A stretch of 64,000 nucleotides of DNA from Mobula hypostoma (GCF_963921235.1 NC_086118.1:33728001-33792000); one strand, 5' to 3'; positions 52,331 through 64,000 are shown, numbered from the stretch's first letter. A program made the numbers and translations. Notes: generated by a model not told the origin, from the sequence alone.

Positions 52331-53027
52331 GAACGAATGATTACATGATTAGTTGGAGCCGGATTGTGTTGCCAGCCTGGAGAAAAACTGTTCCTCACTC
52401 TATCTTTACAATCATGCAAGGAGCTCAATCCTGATTCAATGAAGGGTGTCAAAGGCTTGTCAGGAGCAACTCCGATGGACCTAATAGCGATGAGGCGTCA
52501 TCCTAGAGAAGGCACAATACAAGATTACTTGCATGGTAAGCAAGATAGAAGGCTTGCAATAGACAGAGTTGAAGAACGTCACAATGAGTCTCTGCAACCT
52601 CCAACGGCAATGTTGGGAAGTAGAAGAGCTAATGGGAATGGACTGCTCTAAGAGTATAAACACCTTCAACAGTAGCAGGGCCCAGAATAAGAGTGCTGAA
52701 GAAAAGGCTGAAATACAGTATTTGTAATCATGTTTGACCAGAAGAACAAAATAGATGATTCATCCCTGTTCCTTCCTGAGATCTCCAATTCAATTCTCTC
52801 AATGCGATATGAAGTTTCTGAGCTCAAATTTGTTTTGATAGCGATCTTAATTTTTTTTGCATAAGTTATTGGAATGCAAGTCTGAGCTTTTCTGGAACTG
52901 GGTGTCAAGCCTTGTAAGAATTGCGCATACTTCAAAGAGATCTGCTCTCACTCTTTCAAATTCCAGAGGATGCAGGACTATTCTACTCAGTATCTTCTTA
53001 TAACAAACCTCTGGAACCAGTGTAGTA

Positions 53028-54105
53028 ATCAGAATCAGAATCAGGTTTAATATCATTGGCGTATGTCGTGAAATTTGTTAACTATGCAGCAGCAGTACAA
53101 CACAATACGTGATAGATATTTTTTAAAAAAACGGGAATTACAGTGTGTGTGTGAGATGGAGCTGACTAATTTAACAACTCTCTGCCGCTTACTTTTATCC
53201 TGTGCAAGAGCCCCACCACACCAGATGGTGATGCAGCCAGTCAGAATGCTCTCCGTGATACATCTGTAGAAATTTTCCAATGTTTTAGGTGACAAACCAA
53301 ATCTCCTCAAACTCCTAATGAAATATATCTGCTGTCTTGTCTTCTTTATAGCTGCACTGATCTGTTGGGACCAGGTTAGGACTTCAGTGATATTAACAGC
53401 CAGGAACTTGAAATTGTTCACTCTCTCCACCTCTGATCCCTCTCAGTATTGGTGTGTGTTCCTTCATCTTACCATTTCTGAAGTCCACAATCAGCTCTTG
53501 GGCCTTACTGACGCTGAGTGCGAGGTTGTTGCTGCAAAGCCACTCAACTAGCTGGTAATCTCACTCCTGTACGCCCTCTCATCAGCATCTGAGATTCTGG
53601 CAACAATGGTTGAATCACCAGCAAATTTATAGATGGCATTTGAACTGTGCTTAGCCACACAGTCATGGGTGTAGAGAGAGTAGAGCAGTGGGCTAAACAC
53701 ACACCCCTGAGGTGCGCCAGTGTTGATTGTTAGCGAGGTGGAGATGTTATCACCAATCCGCATGGATTGTGGTCTTTCGCTTAGGAAGTGCAGGATCCAA
53801 TTGCAGAGGGAGGTACAGAAGCTCAGGATCTGTAGCTTTTTGATCAGGACTGCAGGTACGATGGTGTTAAACGCTGAGCTATAGTCAATAAACAGCATTC
53901 TAACATAGATCTTTGTATTGCCCAAGTGATCTAAGGCCGCATGGACAGCCATTGAAATCATGTCTGCTGTAGACCTATTGTGGCAATAGGCAAAATGCAG
54001 TGGGTCCAGGTACTCACTGAGGCAAGAGTTGATTTTAGCCATGACCAACTTCTCAAAGCCCTTCATCACTGTGGTACTGGACAATAGTTGTTAAGGCAGT
54101 TCACA
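53028..54105 (-). mobile_element. Rex-Babar RT fragment (duplication copy 1)
   Basis: [11 protein letters not shown] and [10 protein letters not shown]; (TCTGAT)n tail. Confidence 0.85.
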
Positions 54106-54806
54106 GCAAATCCTCTAAGTCAAGCATATTCTCTTTTTAGGTAGGAAAACTATAAACTGTACAAAATACTCCAGGTGCTGTTCAATAAAGGTTCATATAA
54201 TTGCCGTAAAAAATTTTTACACTGCACTCAAGTCTTCTTGTATTGATGGCTAACATATCACTTATCTCTATCAAAGGCCTCAACTATCTTAAAAATTACA
54301 TGTTGCACATCAAATTCAAATTTCCCTTTAATCATTAAGATTTATCCTACATTTCAGCCCTTAAAGTCACTAACATGACATTGAAATTAATGAACTTCCT
54401 CCTTTTTTAACTAACAGAGACACTAGATCAAATAAACCATTTGTGTGCTCAAAGTTTCCATAATTCAGTGATAAATCAGATTTAATGAAATCATGAATAC
54501 ATCAGGAAAGTAAACAATGTGGCACTTTTAAATTGATGCTGGTGGGTTGTTGCATGTTTAGTGCACGTATCATGGAAGAAGTAGAGGACTTTGAATGACT
54601 CGTATTGATTTTGTGATCATAGCTGTGTTGTAGAAAGATGGTGACAAGGAAAAAGGGTGGTAATCTCGTAACTAATCATCTTTTCCCTACTGTGATATGG
54701 TATGTTAAATCTGGCAGAGTTTTGGATTATATTCACAACCTTTCCTCTTACCAGCCAGATTGCATGGTGCAGAATCAAAGTTTAAAAAGGAATACATATT
54801 GGTGAT

Positions 54807-54884
54807 ACTGCACAATATCAGTGTTAATTATTAAACTTCTCAAACATCTATTAATAGATTTCTAGATATGGTTAAGACTATAAA
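54807..54884 (+). promoter_or_regulatory. fabp1 copy 1 proximal promoter: HNF1-like site GTTAATTATTAAA (54823-54835) and TATA box (54879-54884)
   Basis: 12/13 match to the HNF1 consensus GTTAATNATTAAC; TATAAA about 55 bp upstream of the ATG. Confidence 0.7.
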
Positions 54885-54936
54885 GCAAAGTAGAAAGCCA
54901 TCACATTTTACATCCACTGCAAAAGGAGCTGCCAAA

Positions 54937-55003
54937 ATGTCCTTCTCAGGAAAATATGAGCTTCAGAGCAGAGAGAACTTTGAGCCATTCATGAAAGCCA
55001 TTG
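54937..55003 (+). CDS. fabp1: FABP1-like gene copy 1, exon 1 (MSFSGKYELQSRENFEPFMKAIG)
   Basis: Near-identical to the FABP1 N-terminus [23 protein letters not shown]; 67 bp, G|gtaagt donor. Confidence 0.93.
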
Positions 55004-55794
55004 GTAAGTTAAATATACAGCTCCTGAGCTGAGCAGAATTTCAATAAAATAAAGTGTGCTTTTCTTAATCAAAACTGATTTGAGCTGCTACTTGATCCAA
55101 AACTTAGCAGAAGAAGTATTTTATCAATTAGAAGATATTGTTCAGAATATCATTCATGACATAAACAGAACATTTCAACCGCTTCATCTAAGATAATAAT
55201 AAATAATTTATCCATTCTATATGATTGAGGATAAAATTTTGTCTTTTTAAATATAAGTGTTTGTAATTTTAAATTTCTCCTCCTCATCAATTACCAGGAA
55301 AACGCTCTGAACTGCGTAAAAATCGATTTGCTAATGCTAAGTATTCACGGGAAGGATCTGAATGCAGCTATTGACCTACACAATATTTTAAAAGCCAGTG
55401 CTATAAACTAACTGCATAAATATTGTTTAATTCAACTTTGCTTAAAATTAAACACCAAGTTTTTTAATAAATCTCTTTACTTCAAGTGTTTACACTAGCA
55501 CCATTAATTCCTTTCTCTGAGCCACTTTTAAAAATGGGTTATCACCTTACTCAAGAATAAGTGAAAGAGATAATATCTAATTAAAACTGCTGCTACCTTT
55601 GAACACAATCACACTTTAACCAGGAGGAATTAGGAAGCCATTTCGATGTTACGAAACAAACACTAAGACATACCGACCTTCCTGAGAACAAAACACATTT
55701 ACTTCATATTTCTCTGAATCTAATGTTTTAGTTGAAAAGATAACAAAAGTTTGGATCCAAATTCTCAAATTTTCTCGTTTTATGTTTTTCTCAG

Positions 55795-55967
55795 GAACCT
55801 CAGATGAAGTGATTCAAAAATACAAAGACGTGAAAAGTATCACAGAGATCATTCAAAATGGAAATCACTTTGATTGCAAAATCACAACTGGAGATAATGT
55901 GATTCACAACGTATTTACCATAGGACAAGAAGCTGAGTTTGGAACACTCGCAGTCAGTAAGCTGAAG
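55795..55967 (+). CDS. fabp1: FABP1-like copy 1, exon 2 (173 bp)
   Basis: TSDEVIQKYKDVKSITEIIQNGNHF...NVFTIGQEAEF aligns ungapped to FABP1; ag/gt boundaries. Confidence 0.93.
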
Positions 55968-57155
55968 GTACAGTTTGCAGCCTCGCTGTTCACGCAGGAT
56001 TAGAAGTAATTGTTTCAGGTCGCCGAAGTTAGGCAGATCAAAGAATTTCTCAGTGCACAATGTGATACAAAATGGCAAACCTATTCGTAAAGAGCAACTT
56101 CACCTCCTGAAGTTGGGCAGCAAATCAACCCCTGCTGCTTTCGCGGTCTCTTTAAGCATCTTTTAACTATGGCTTTCTGCCTTAGGACAATACGACTCTA
56201 GTATTCTGCCTACAGCTTGAGTTAATTTGTATCTGTCAGTTGGTGCTGAGGGCTAGCCTCTTTATCTTGTTTATTTTCCTTAATTTTCATTTGCACCCAT
56301 CTCATCTTAAAACACAACAGCATATTATAAATAAATACACAAAATTATGTTTGTGGAGATGGGGAAGAAGAGAGAAAGCCAATGAGGAAGTCTTTCCATC
56401 TCATGCATCGTTTTCTGGATTTTCAGTCACCTTAGGTTATTTTTTTGTAGGACACCAACACTGCAAATTTCAACTTGGAAGGTCCGCTTTCTGCTTCTTA
56501 ATATCTATAATGATTTCTTGTTTTGATAGAATGACAGCTCTGGGCCCCAAAGTATCTCACACCAATTAATCTCATCAGTAGGTTGGAAAGATTGAGGTCT
56601 TCATATCATAAGAAACAAGGAACCGTTGTGTTGTCAGCTGTAGAACTGAAGAGCCAGTGAGCCTCTCCAGAGAGAGTTAGAGTCAGTGAGCCAGATGTCT
56701 GCATTTAACTCATGCCTCAACAGCTCAGTCCGACCCATGAATAGTTTCAAAATAAAATAAATTACAAAGCAAGGCCTATCTAAGGTACAAGTAACCATAG
56801 CTGCCAGCCTACTCTGAACCCCTTCACTCAGGGCCTATATATTGATTTCTCCTCTGGGTCTTTGCGTGGACTTCTAGCAAGCCGACTAGCGGGCATCTAT
56901 GACTGGGTAACCATCCAGGATCTATCACCAGGCTTCCGCTCAGGGCCAATTCATAGATCTCCATCAGCTGAGCTGTACTGATCTGCTTCAGGACCTTATG
57001 TTCTATCGACAATCTGCTGATGCAATCAAATAAGCAAAATCCCAAGATCTCTTGGCTGCCCAGATCTTAAAAGGGACTAAAAGGATTTATCCATATATTC
57101 AAATTCCAATGGATTTTTTTTGCAATCGTTAAATTCTAATATTATTTTTCTTCAG

Positions 57156-57248
57156 TCCACAGCAAATTTTGATGGTCCAAACAAGATTGTTGTCAAATTG
57201 GATGCAATAACATTGGTTACAGAACTGAATGAGGACAAACTAATTAAT
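57156..57248 (+). CDS. fabp1: FABP1-like copy 1, exon 3 (93 bp; STANFDGPNKIVVKLDAITLVTELNEDKLIN)
   Basis: ttcttcag acceptor, gtaagt donor; VTELN motif; phase 0/0. Confidence 0.92.
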
Positions 57249-57439
57249 GTAAGTGCCTCTCTATTCTTCTATTAGTTTAAGTGGGTTTCTGCCCCTGCAA
57301 TCTGAGTAGAAATTTCAAATGCCAACTAAGTAATTGCTAACCTATTGTCATGTTTTTTAGAAAGTTGAATTTATTTCTGCATGGTTTTAATTCATACATT
57401 AATACATTGGGCTTTGTATACCTGTGTATTAGACATTTA

Positions 57440-57860
57440 GCTGGGATGCTTTCTTTCTGAGTATAAGGAGAGATTCGATTGGATTCCCTGGAGTGAGCAG
57501 AGGCAGAGAGTTACTGCAAAGAGGTTTATAAGATTATAAGGGGCACAGGTAATCACAATCTTTTTTCCAGAGAAGAAAGTCTAAAATTAAAGGGCATGGA
57601 TTTAAGGCGAGAGAGGAAAGATTTAGAAGGCACCAGAGGAACAACTTTTTCACGAAGAGTGGGATGGGTAAAGGGAACAAACTGCCAGAGAAGCGGTGGA
57701 GACAGGCACAATTACAACATTTTAAAAAACATTTGGACAGGGAAGGTTTAAAAGGGATATAGCCCAAACATAGGTAGATGGGATAAGCATTGATTGGCAT
57801 CTGAGTCAGCACGGATGAGATGGGCCGAAGTCCCTCTTTCCATGCTGTGTTGCTATGAAG
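57440..57860 (+). mobile_element. CR1 3' fragment in fabp1 intron 3
   Basis: Degraded CR1 C-terminus and UTR. Confidence 0.6.
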
Positions 57861-58503
57861 CTGTAACAGTCAGAATCAGAGTCTGGTTTAGTATCACTGA
57901 CATCTATGTCATGAAAATTGTTGTTTTATGACAGAGGTTCAATGCAGAGACACTAAATTTCTATAAATTACAAAATAAATAAATAGTGTAAAAAAAGTGA
58001 CAAAATAATATTCATGGACTCATGGCAGAGTGGAAGAAGCTACTCCTACAGTATCTACAGAAAGCCACGATAATCCTTGAGGGTCTGTCTCAGCACGTAA
58101 TTCACTGGAGGAACTCAGTAAATCAGGCAGTGTCTGTGGTCCACATGGAGGGTCTGAACCCAAAATATCAACCATCCATTTCTCTCCATAGATGCTGCCT
58201 GGCCCTTTGAGATCCTCCAGCATATTGTGTGTTGCTCCAGACTCCAACGCTTGTCTCTTTGGGGTCCGGTTGATATTAAATTGAAAGTCCAGTTTCCAAA
58301 GGACTACATTGGAAAGTCAATGGAAATTATGTGTCAAAGTATATTTATAGAGAAACTTACTCATATATAATTACTTTTAATGAAAGTTATAATATATTTG
58401 TCATTAAGATTTGAACTTGTATTAGGTCTTCATAAAGAATACTTGAAACAAATCTGAAAGATGTTCCATTTGGATAAACTTCAGTATCTTGTTGTTCTTT
58501 CAG

Positions 58504-58554
58504 AAACTAACGGCTGGAAATATCATCTACACAAGTATCAGTAAAAAAATATAA
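58504..58554 (+). CDS. fabp1: FABP1-like copy 1, exon 4 (KLTAGNIIYTSISKKI*); spliced CDS is 384 bp = 127 aa
   Basis: ttctttcag acceptor; ISKKI C-terminus; total length equals the 127 aa of FABP1. Confidence 0.92.
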   Translation, partial: KLTAGNIIYTSISKKI

Positions 58555-58569
58555 AATGCTTTGTCTTGA

Positions 58570-58608
58570 AATAAACATACTTGTCTTGTCTGAGTCACTT
58601 CAAATAAA
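58570..58608 (+). terminator. Two AATAAA polyadenylation signals of fabp1 copy 1 (58570, 58603)
   Basis: Both lie immediately 3' of the stop codon and are followed by GT-rich sequence. Confidence 0.65.
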
Positions 58609-59714
58609 ATGCAACGGTTGGAAAAAGTCGTTTTATGTTGTCATTTGTCGAAACTAGGGATATGTTGATTTGGCTGCAGTAATAACTAAATGATTCCTAG
58701 CTATAGCTGTTCAAATCTTCATCTGGATGTAAACCTAATAGTTTGAACTCAATTGTCAGCTTTTATCTCTGGTTGTGTGTGGATTATTATATTAATTATA
58801 GAAACCCAAAAGGATTTTGTTATGTTGTTGTGGAAAAGAAAACTGTGTGTCATCAAACTGTGGGACAGGGTGGGTTACTATCAACAGCCCATTGAGTAAG
58901 CTAAATGCAATATATATATTTATATATAAACTCCCATTTTCAAACCCCATCTGAAGCGAATGCCTGTTATTATTCATTCAAGGCATGTGGGTTTTCCTGC
59001 AAAGGCTGTTGATCCCTATTGGGCCTTGAGAAGATGATAGAGAAGAACTGAGGTGCTTTTAGTAGGTGCATATTGGTAAAGACTTCCATAATTTAGACAA
59101 ATGATGAAGAAACATAAGGCCACTATGACTTACAATTCAGAAGAATCTTGTGAATGCTACTACCCCATGTATCTGCAACTATTTCCTCCTACATGGCAAA
59201 GAACATAGTGCTGGGAAGTCTTACGTTGGCGAGTACCATCAGCCATCATGTACGGCCTCTTTTAACTTGCATCACAAGAGAAGTTTTGAGACATCCTTCT
59301 TAAATTTGACTATCCTCATTAACACAGCTGCTATATTATTGTATGCTCTCTGTGATCTAAAGCAATGGACTATATCTCAGTCAAGCAAGGCTGTACCGTT
59401 ATCACATTATTTTCTTCAATCTTTCTAGCTGTGATTTCTCACCTTGCCTCAAACATACTTCAAGCTGGAGTGAAGCTAATCAATCCAACATGCTTAGTAA
59501 TTTGTCCACTCCCAAACTAATCTCTGTCATCAAGTGCAATATGCAGATGATGCACATTTTCATCTTTGCAGTTCTACTTTCCATACCTCAGGAACCACCC
59601 ATCAATATAAGCATACATCGGTAACGAAATAAAACATTTCCTTCAGTTCATTATCATTGTCTTTGCTTGTCCGAGGAAAATCACGATCTTTAACAGGCAA
59701 ATGTTGAACTGGGC

Positions 59715-60168
59715 AGAACATAGGAACTAGAAAAAGAATATTTGGAAACGTCATTCATCAACACAAGGCCAATTTCTACCTAATTGCCATTGTCCTGCAT
59801 CATCCCCATATCCTTTGATACCTTTACAGCAAGAAATCCATCAATCTCTCTTTGGACTGAACTTAATAACTGAGTTTCCACAGCCAAATGCAACATAGAA
59901 TTCAAAAGTTTCATACTGTCTACAAGAAGCAATTTCTCCTCACTTCAGTTCTAAATGGTTTACCCCTAATTCTCAGACTATGACCTCTGACTGGAGTGTT
60001 AGTCTAGACTGGTCAGCCAGGGGAAACATCCTCCTTTGGTCTAGCCTGTCAAGCCTTGTAAGAATTGTGTATACTTCAAAGAGATCTGCTTTCACTCTTT
60101 CAAATTCCAGAGAATGCAGGACTATTCTACTCAATATCTTCTTATAACAAACCTCTGGAACCAGTGTA
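59715..60168 (-). mobile_element. CR1 3' fragment spanning the copy 1/copy 2 homology boundary
   Basis: LHSLEFERVKADLFEVYTILTRLDRLD..MFPL remnant. Confidence 0.7.
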
Positions 60169-61245
60169 GTAATCAGAATCAGAATCAGGTTTAATATCAT
60201 CAGCGTATGTCGTGAAATTTGTTAACTATGCAGCAGCAGTACAACACAATACGTGATAGATATTTTTTAAAAAACAGGAATTACAGTGTGTGTGTGAGAT
60301 GGAGCTGACTAATTTAACAACTCTCTGCAGCTTACTTTTATCCTGTGCAAGAGCCCCACCACACCATCATGCAGCCAGTCAGAATGCTCTCCGTGGTACA
60401 TCTGTAGAAATTTTCCAGTGTTTTAGGTGACAAACCAAATCTCCACAAACTCCTAATGAAATATATCTGCCGTCTTGCCTTCTTTATAGCTGCACTGATC
60501 TGTTGGAACCAGGTTAGGACTTCAGTGATATTAACAGCCAGGAACTTGAAATTGTTCACTCTCTCCACCTCTGATCCCTCTCAGTATTGGTGTGTGTTCC
60601 CTCATCTTACCATTTCTGAAGTCCACAATCAGCTCTTGGGCCTTACTGACGCTGAGTGCGAGGTTGTTGCTGCAAAGCCACTCAACTAGCTGGTAATCTC
60701 ACTCCTGTACGCCCTCTCATCAGCATCTGAGATTCTGGCAACAATGGTTGAATCACCAGCAAATTTATAGATGGCATTTGAACTGTGCTTAGCCACACAG
60801 TCATGGGTGTAGAGAGAGTAGAGCAGTGGGCTAAACACACACCCCTGAGGTGCGCCAGTGTTGATTGTTAGCGAGGTGGAGATGTTATCACCAATCCGCA
60901 TGGATTGTGGTCTTTCAGTTAGGAAGTGCAGGATCCAATTGCAGAGGGAGGTACAGAAGCTCAGGATCTGTAGCTTTTTGATCAGGACTGCAGGTACGAT
61001 GGTGTTAAACGCTGAGCTATAGTCAATAAACAGCATTCTAACATAGATCTTTGTATTGCCCAAGTGATCTAAGGCCGCATGAAGAGCCATAGAGATCACG
61101 TCTGCCATAGATCTATTGTGGCAATAGGCAAATTGCAGTGGGTCCAGGTACTCACTGAGGCAAGAGTTGATTTTAGCCATGACCAACTTCTCAAAGCCCT
61201 TCATCACTGTGGTACTGGACAATAGTTGTTAAGGCAGCTCACACA
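60169..61245 (-). mobile_element. Rex-Babar RT fragment (duplication copy 2)
   Basis: Paralog of 53028-54105. Confidence 0.85.
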
Positions 61246-61969
61246 GCAAATCTTCACAGCATATCCTCTAAGTCAAGCATGTTCTCTTTTTAGCTAGGAA
61301 AGCTAAAACTGTACAAAATACTCCAGGTGCTGTTTCAACAAGGCTTCATATAATTGCCGTAAAGTGTTTTTACACTGCACTCAAATCTTCTTGTATTAAT
61401 GGCTAACATACCACTTATCTCTATCAAAGGCCTCAACTATCTTAAAAATTACATGTTGCACATCAAATTCAAATTTCCCTTTAATCATTAAGATTTATGC
61501 TACATTTCAGCCCTTAAAATCTCTAATATGACGTTGAAATTAATGAACTTCCTCCTTTTTTAACTAACAGAGACACTAGATCAAACAAACCATTTTTGTG
61601 CTCAAAGTTTCCATGAATCAGTGATAAATCAGATTTAATGAAATCATGAATACATCAGGAAAGTAAACAATGTGGCACTTTTAATTTGATGCTGGTGGGT
61701 TGTTGCAAGTTTAGTGCACGTATCATGGAATAGGTAGAGGATTTTGAATGCTGTTGGACTCATTGATTTTGTGATCAAAACTGTGTTGCAGAAAGATGGT
61801 GACAAGGAAGAAGGGTGGTAATCTCGTAACTAATCATCTTTTCCCTACTGTGATATGGTATGTTAAATCTGGCAGAGTTTTGGATTATATTCACAACCTT
61901 TCCTCTTACCAGCCAGATTGCATGGTGCAGAATCAAAATTTAAAAAGGAATACATACAGTATTGGTGAT

Positions 61970-62047
61970 ATTGCATAATATCAGTGTTAATTATTAAACT
62001 TCTCAAACATTTATTAATAGATTTCTAGATATGGTTAAGACTATAAA
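61970..62047 (+). promoter_or_regulatory. fabp1 copy 2 promoter: C/EBP-like ATTGCATAAT, HNF1-like site (61986-61998), TATA box (62042-62047)
   Basis: Motif matches; paralogous to the copy 1 promoter. Confidence 0.65.
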
Positions 62048-62099
62048 GCAAAGTAGAAAGCCATCACATTTTACATCCACTGCAAAAGGAGCTGCCAAA

Positions 62100-62166
62100 A
62101 TGTCCTTCTCAGGAAAATATGAGCTTCAGAGCAGAGAGAACTTTGAGCCATTCATGAAAGCCATTG
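62100..62166 (+). CDS. fabp1: FABP1-like copy 2, exon 1 (any further exons lie beyond the window)
   Basis: Identical to 54937-55003 with an intact gtaagt donor. Confidence 0.85.
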
Positions 62167-62298
62167 GTAAGTTAAATATACAGCTCCTGAGCTGAGCAGA
62201 ATTTCAATAAAATAAAGTGTGCTTTTCTTAATCAAAACTGATTTGAGCTGCTACTTGATCCAAAACTTAGCAGAAGAGGTATTTTATCAATTAGAAGA

Positions 62299-64000
62299 CG
62301 GGGGAGATTTTGTACAATTTCTTTTCTTCGGTATTCACTAAGGAGAAGGATATTGAATTGTGTAAGGTGAAGGAAACAAGAAGGGTAGTTATGGAAAGTA
62401 TGACGATTAAAGAAGAGGAAGTACTGGCGCTTTTAAGGAATATAAAAGTGGATAAGTCTCCGGGTCCAGACAAGATATTCCCTAGGACCTTGAGGGAAGT
62501 TAGTGTGGAAATAGCAGGGGCTCTGACAGCAATATTTCAAATGTCATTAGAAATGGGGATGGTGCCAGAGGATTGGTGTATTGCTCATGTGGATCCATTG
62601 TTTAAAAAGAGTTCTAAGAGTAAACTTAGTAATTATCAGCCTGTGAGTTTGACGTCAGTGGTGGGTAATTTGATGGAAAGTATTCTTAGAGATGGTATAT
62701 ATAATTATCTGGATAGACAGGGTCTGATTAGGAACAGTCAACATGGATTTGTGCGTGGAAGGTCATGTTTGACAAATCTTATTGAATTTTTTGAAGAGGT
62801 TACTAGGAAAGTTGACGAGAGTAAAGTGGTAGATGTTGTCTATATGGACTTCAGTAAGGCCTTTGACAAGGTTCCATACGGAAGGTTAGTTAGGAAGGTT
62901 CAATCGTTAGGCATTAATATTGAAGTAGTAAAATGGATTCAGCAGTGGCTGGATAGGAGATGTCAGAGAGTAGTGGTGGATAACTGTGTGTCAGATTGGA
63001 GGACAGTGTGTAGCGGTGTGCCTCAGGGATCTGTACTGGGTTCAATGTTGTTTATCATATATATTAATGATCTGGATGATGGGGTGGTAAATTGGATTAG
63101 TAAGTATGCAGATGATACTAAGATAGATGGCGTTGTGGATAATGAAGTAGGTTTTCAATGCTTGCAGAGGGATTTAGGCCAGTTAGAAGAATGGGCTGAA
63201 AGATGGCAGATGGAGTTTAATGCTGAAAAATGTGAGGTGCTACATTTTGGTAGGACTAATCAAAATAGGACATACATGGTAAATGGTAGGGCATTGAAGA
63301 ATGCTGTAGAACAGAGGGATCTAGGAATAATGGTGCATAGTTCCCTGAAGGTGGAATCTCATGTGGATAGGGTGGTGAAGAAAGCTTTTGGTATGCTGGC
63401 CTTTATTAATCAGAGCGTTGAGTATAGGAGTTGGGATATAATGTTGAAATTGTATAAGGCATTGGTAAGGCCAAATTTGGAGTACTGTTTACAGTTCTGG
63501 TCACCAAATTATAGGAAAGATGTCAATAAAATTGAGAGAGTACAGAGGAGATTTACTAAAATGATGCCTGGGTTTCATCTCCTAAGTTACAGAGAAAGGT
63601 TGAACAAGTTAGGTCTTTATTCTTTGGAGCGTAGAAGGTTGAGGGGGGACTTGATAGAGGTGTTTAAAATTACGAGGGGGATTGATAAAGTTGATGTGGA
63701 TAGGCTTTTTCCATTGAGAATTGGGGAGATTTAAACAAGAGGACATGAGTTGAGAGATAAAGGGCAAAAGTTTAGGGGTAACATGAGGGGAAACGTCTTT
63801 ACTCAGAGAGTGGTAGCTGTGTAGAACGAGCTTCCAGCAGAAGTGGTTGAGGCAGGTTCGATGTTGTCATTTAAAGTTAAATTGGATAGATATATGGACA
63901 GGAAAGGAATGGAGGGTTATGGGCTGAGTGCAGGTCAGTGGGACTAGGTGAGAGTAAGAGTTCGGCACGGACTAGAAGGACCGAGATGGCCTGTTTTCGT
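62299..64000 (+). mobile_element. Young 5'-truncated CR1 LINE in intron 1 of fabp1 copy 2
   Basis: 474-aa open RT (DFSKAFD, GVPQGS, KYADD); absent from the paralogous site at 55135. Confidence 0.93.

Larger units (their letters stand above)
52903..62298 (+). repeat. Tandem segmental duplication, period about 7.15 kb (52903-55135 is homologous to 60047-62298)
   Basis: Both copies share a CR1 remnant, a Rex-Babar fragment, the promoter, exon 1 and the start of intron 1; duplicated ORFs 53548-54084 and 60686-61222. Confidence 0.95.

Noticed and set aside
54937-58554. Assignment as fabp10/fabp6 or an UnaG-like fluorescent protein
   Set aside because: The N-terminus, 127-aa length and exon sizes fit FABP1, and nothing in the sequence demonstrates fluorescence.
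1-64000. Prokaryotic systems (CRISPR, retrons, operons) suggested by RT ORFs and repeats
   Set aside because: Spliced vertebrate genes and eukaryotic LINE/LTR motifs explain all RTs; there is no repeat-spacer array.

Overview
Eukaryotic vertebrate genomic DNA. The repeat landscape (CR1, Rex-Babar, RTE, L1, Penelope, tRNA SINEs) points to a cartilaginous fish, probably a ray (inference). There are two host loci in head-to-head orientation. (1) The 5' five coding exons of cytosolic endo-beta-N-acetylglucosaminidase ENGASE (GH85) lie on the minus strand (ATG at 18486, running off the left edge); all splice sites and phases were checked. (2) A complete 4-exon, 127-aa FABP1-like gene lies on the plus strand (54937-58554), followed by the promoter and exon 1 of a near-identical tandem copy (ATG 62100) that carries a copy-specific CR1 insertion. 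Most of the remaining sequence is nested retroelements, and there are two assembly gaps. Highlights: many Penelope-like element ends carrying minimal hammerhead ribozymes, several inserted as fold-back hairpins with a ~35-nt tail and a target-site duplication (TSD); an FABP1 paralog lacking the carboxylate-binding Arg122; an unusual array edge; a HERO-like restriction-like-endonuclease LINE; a template-switch RTE chimera; and a DINE-1/Helentron-like insert.
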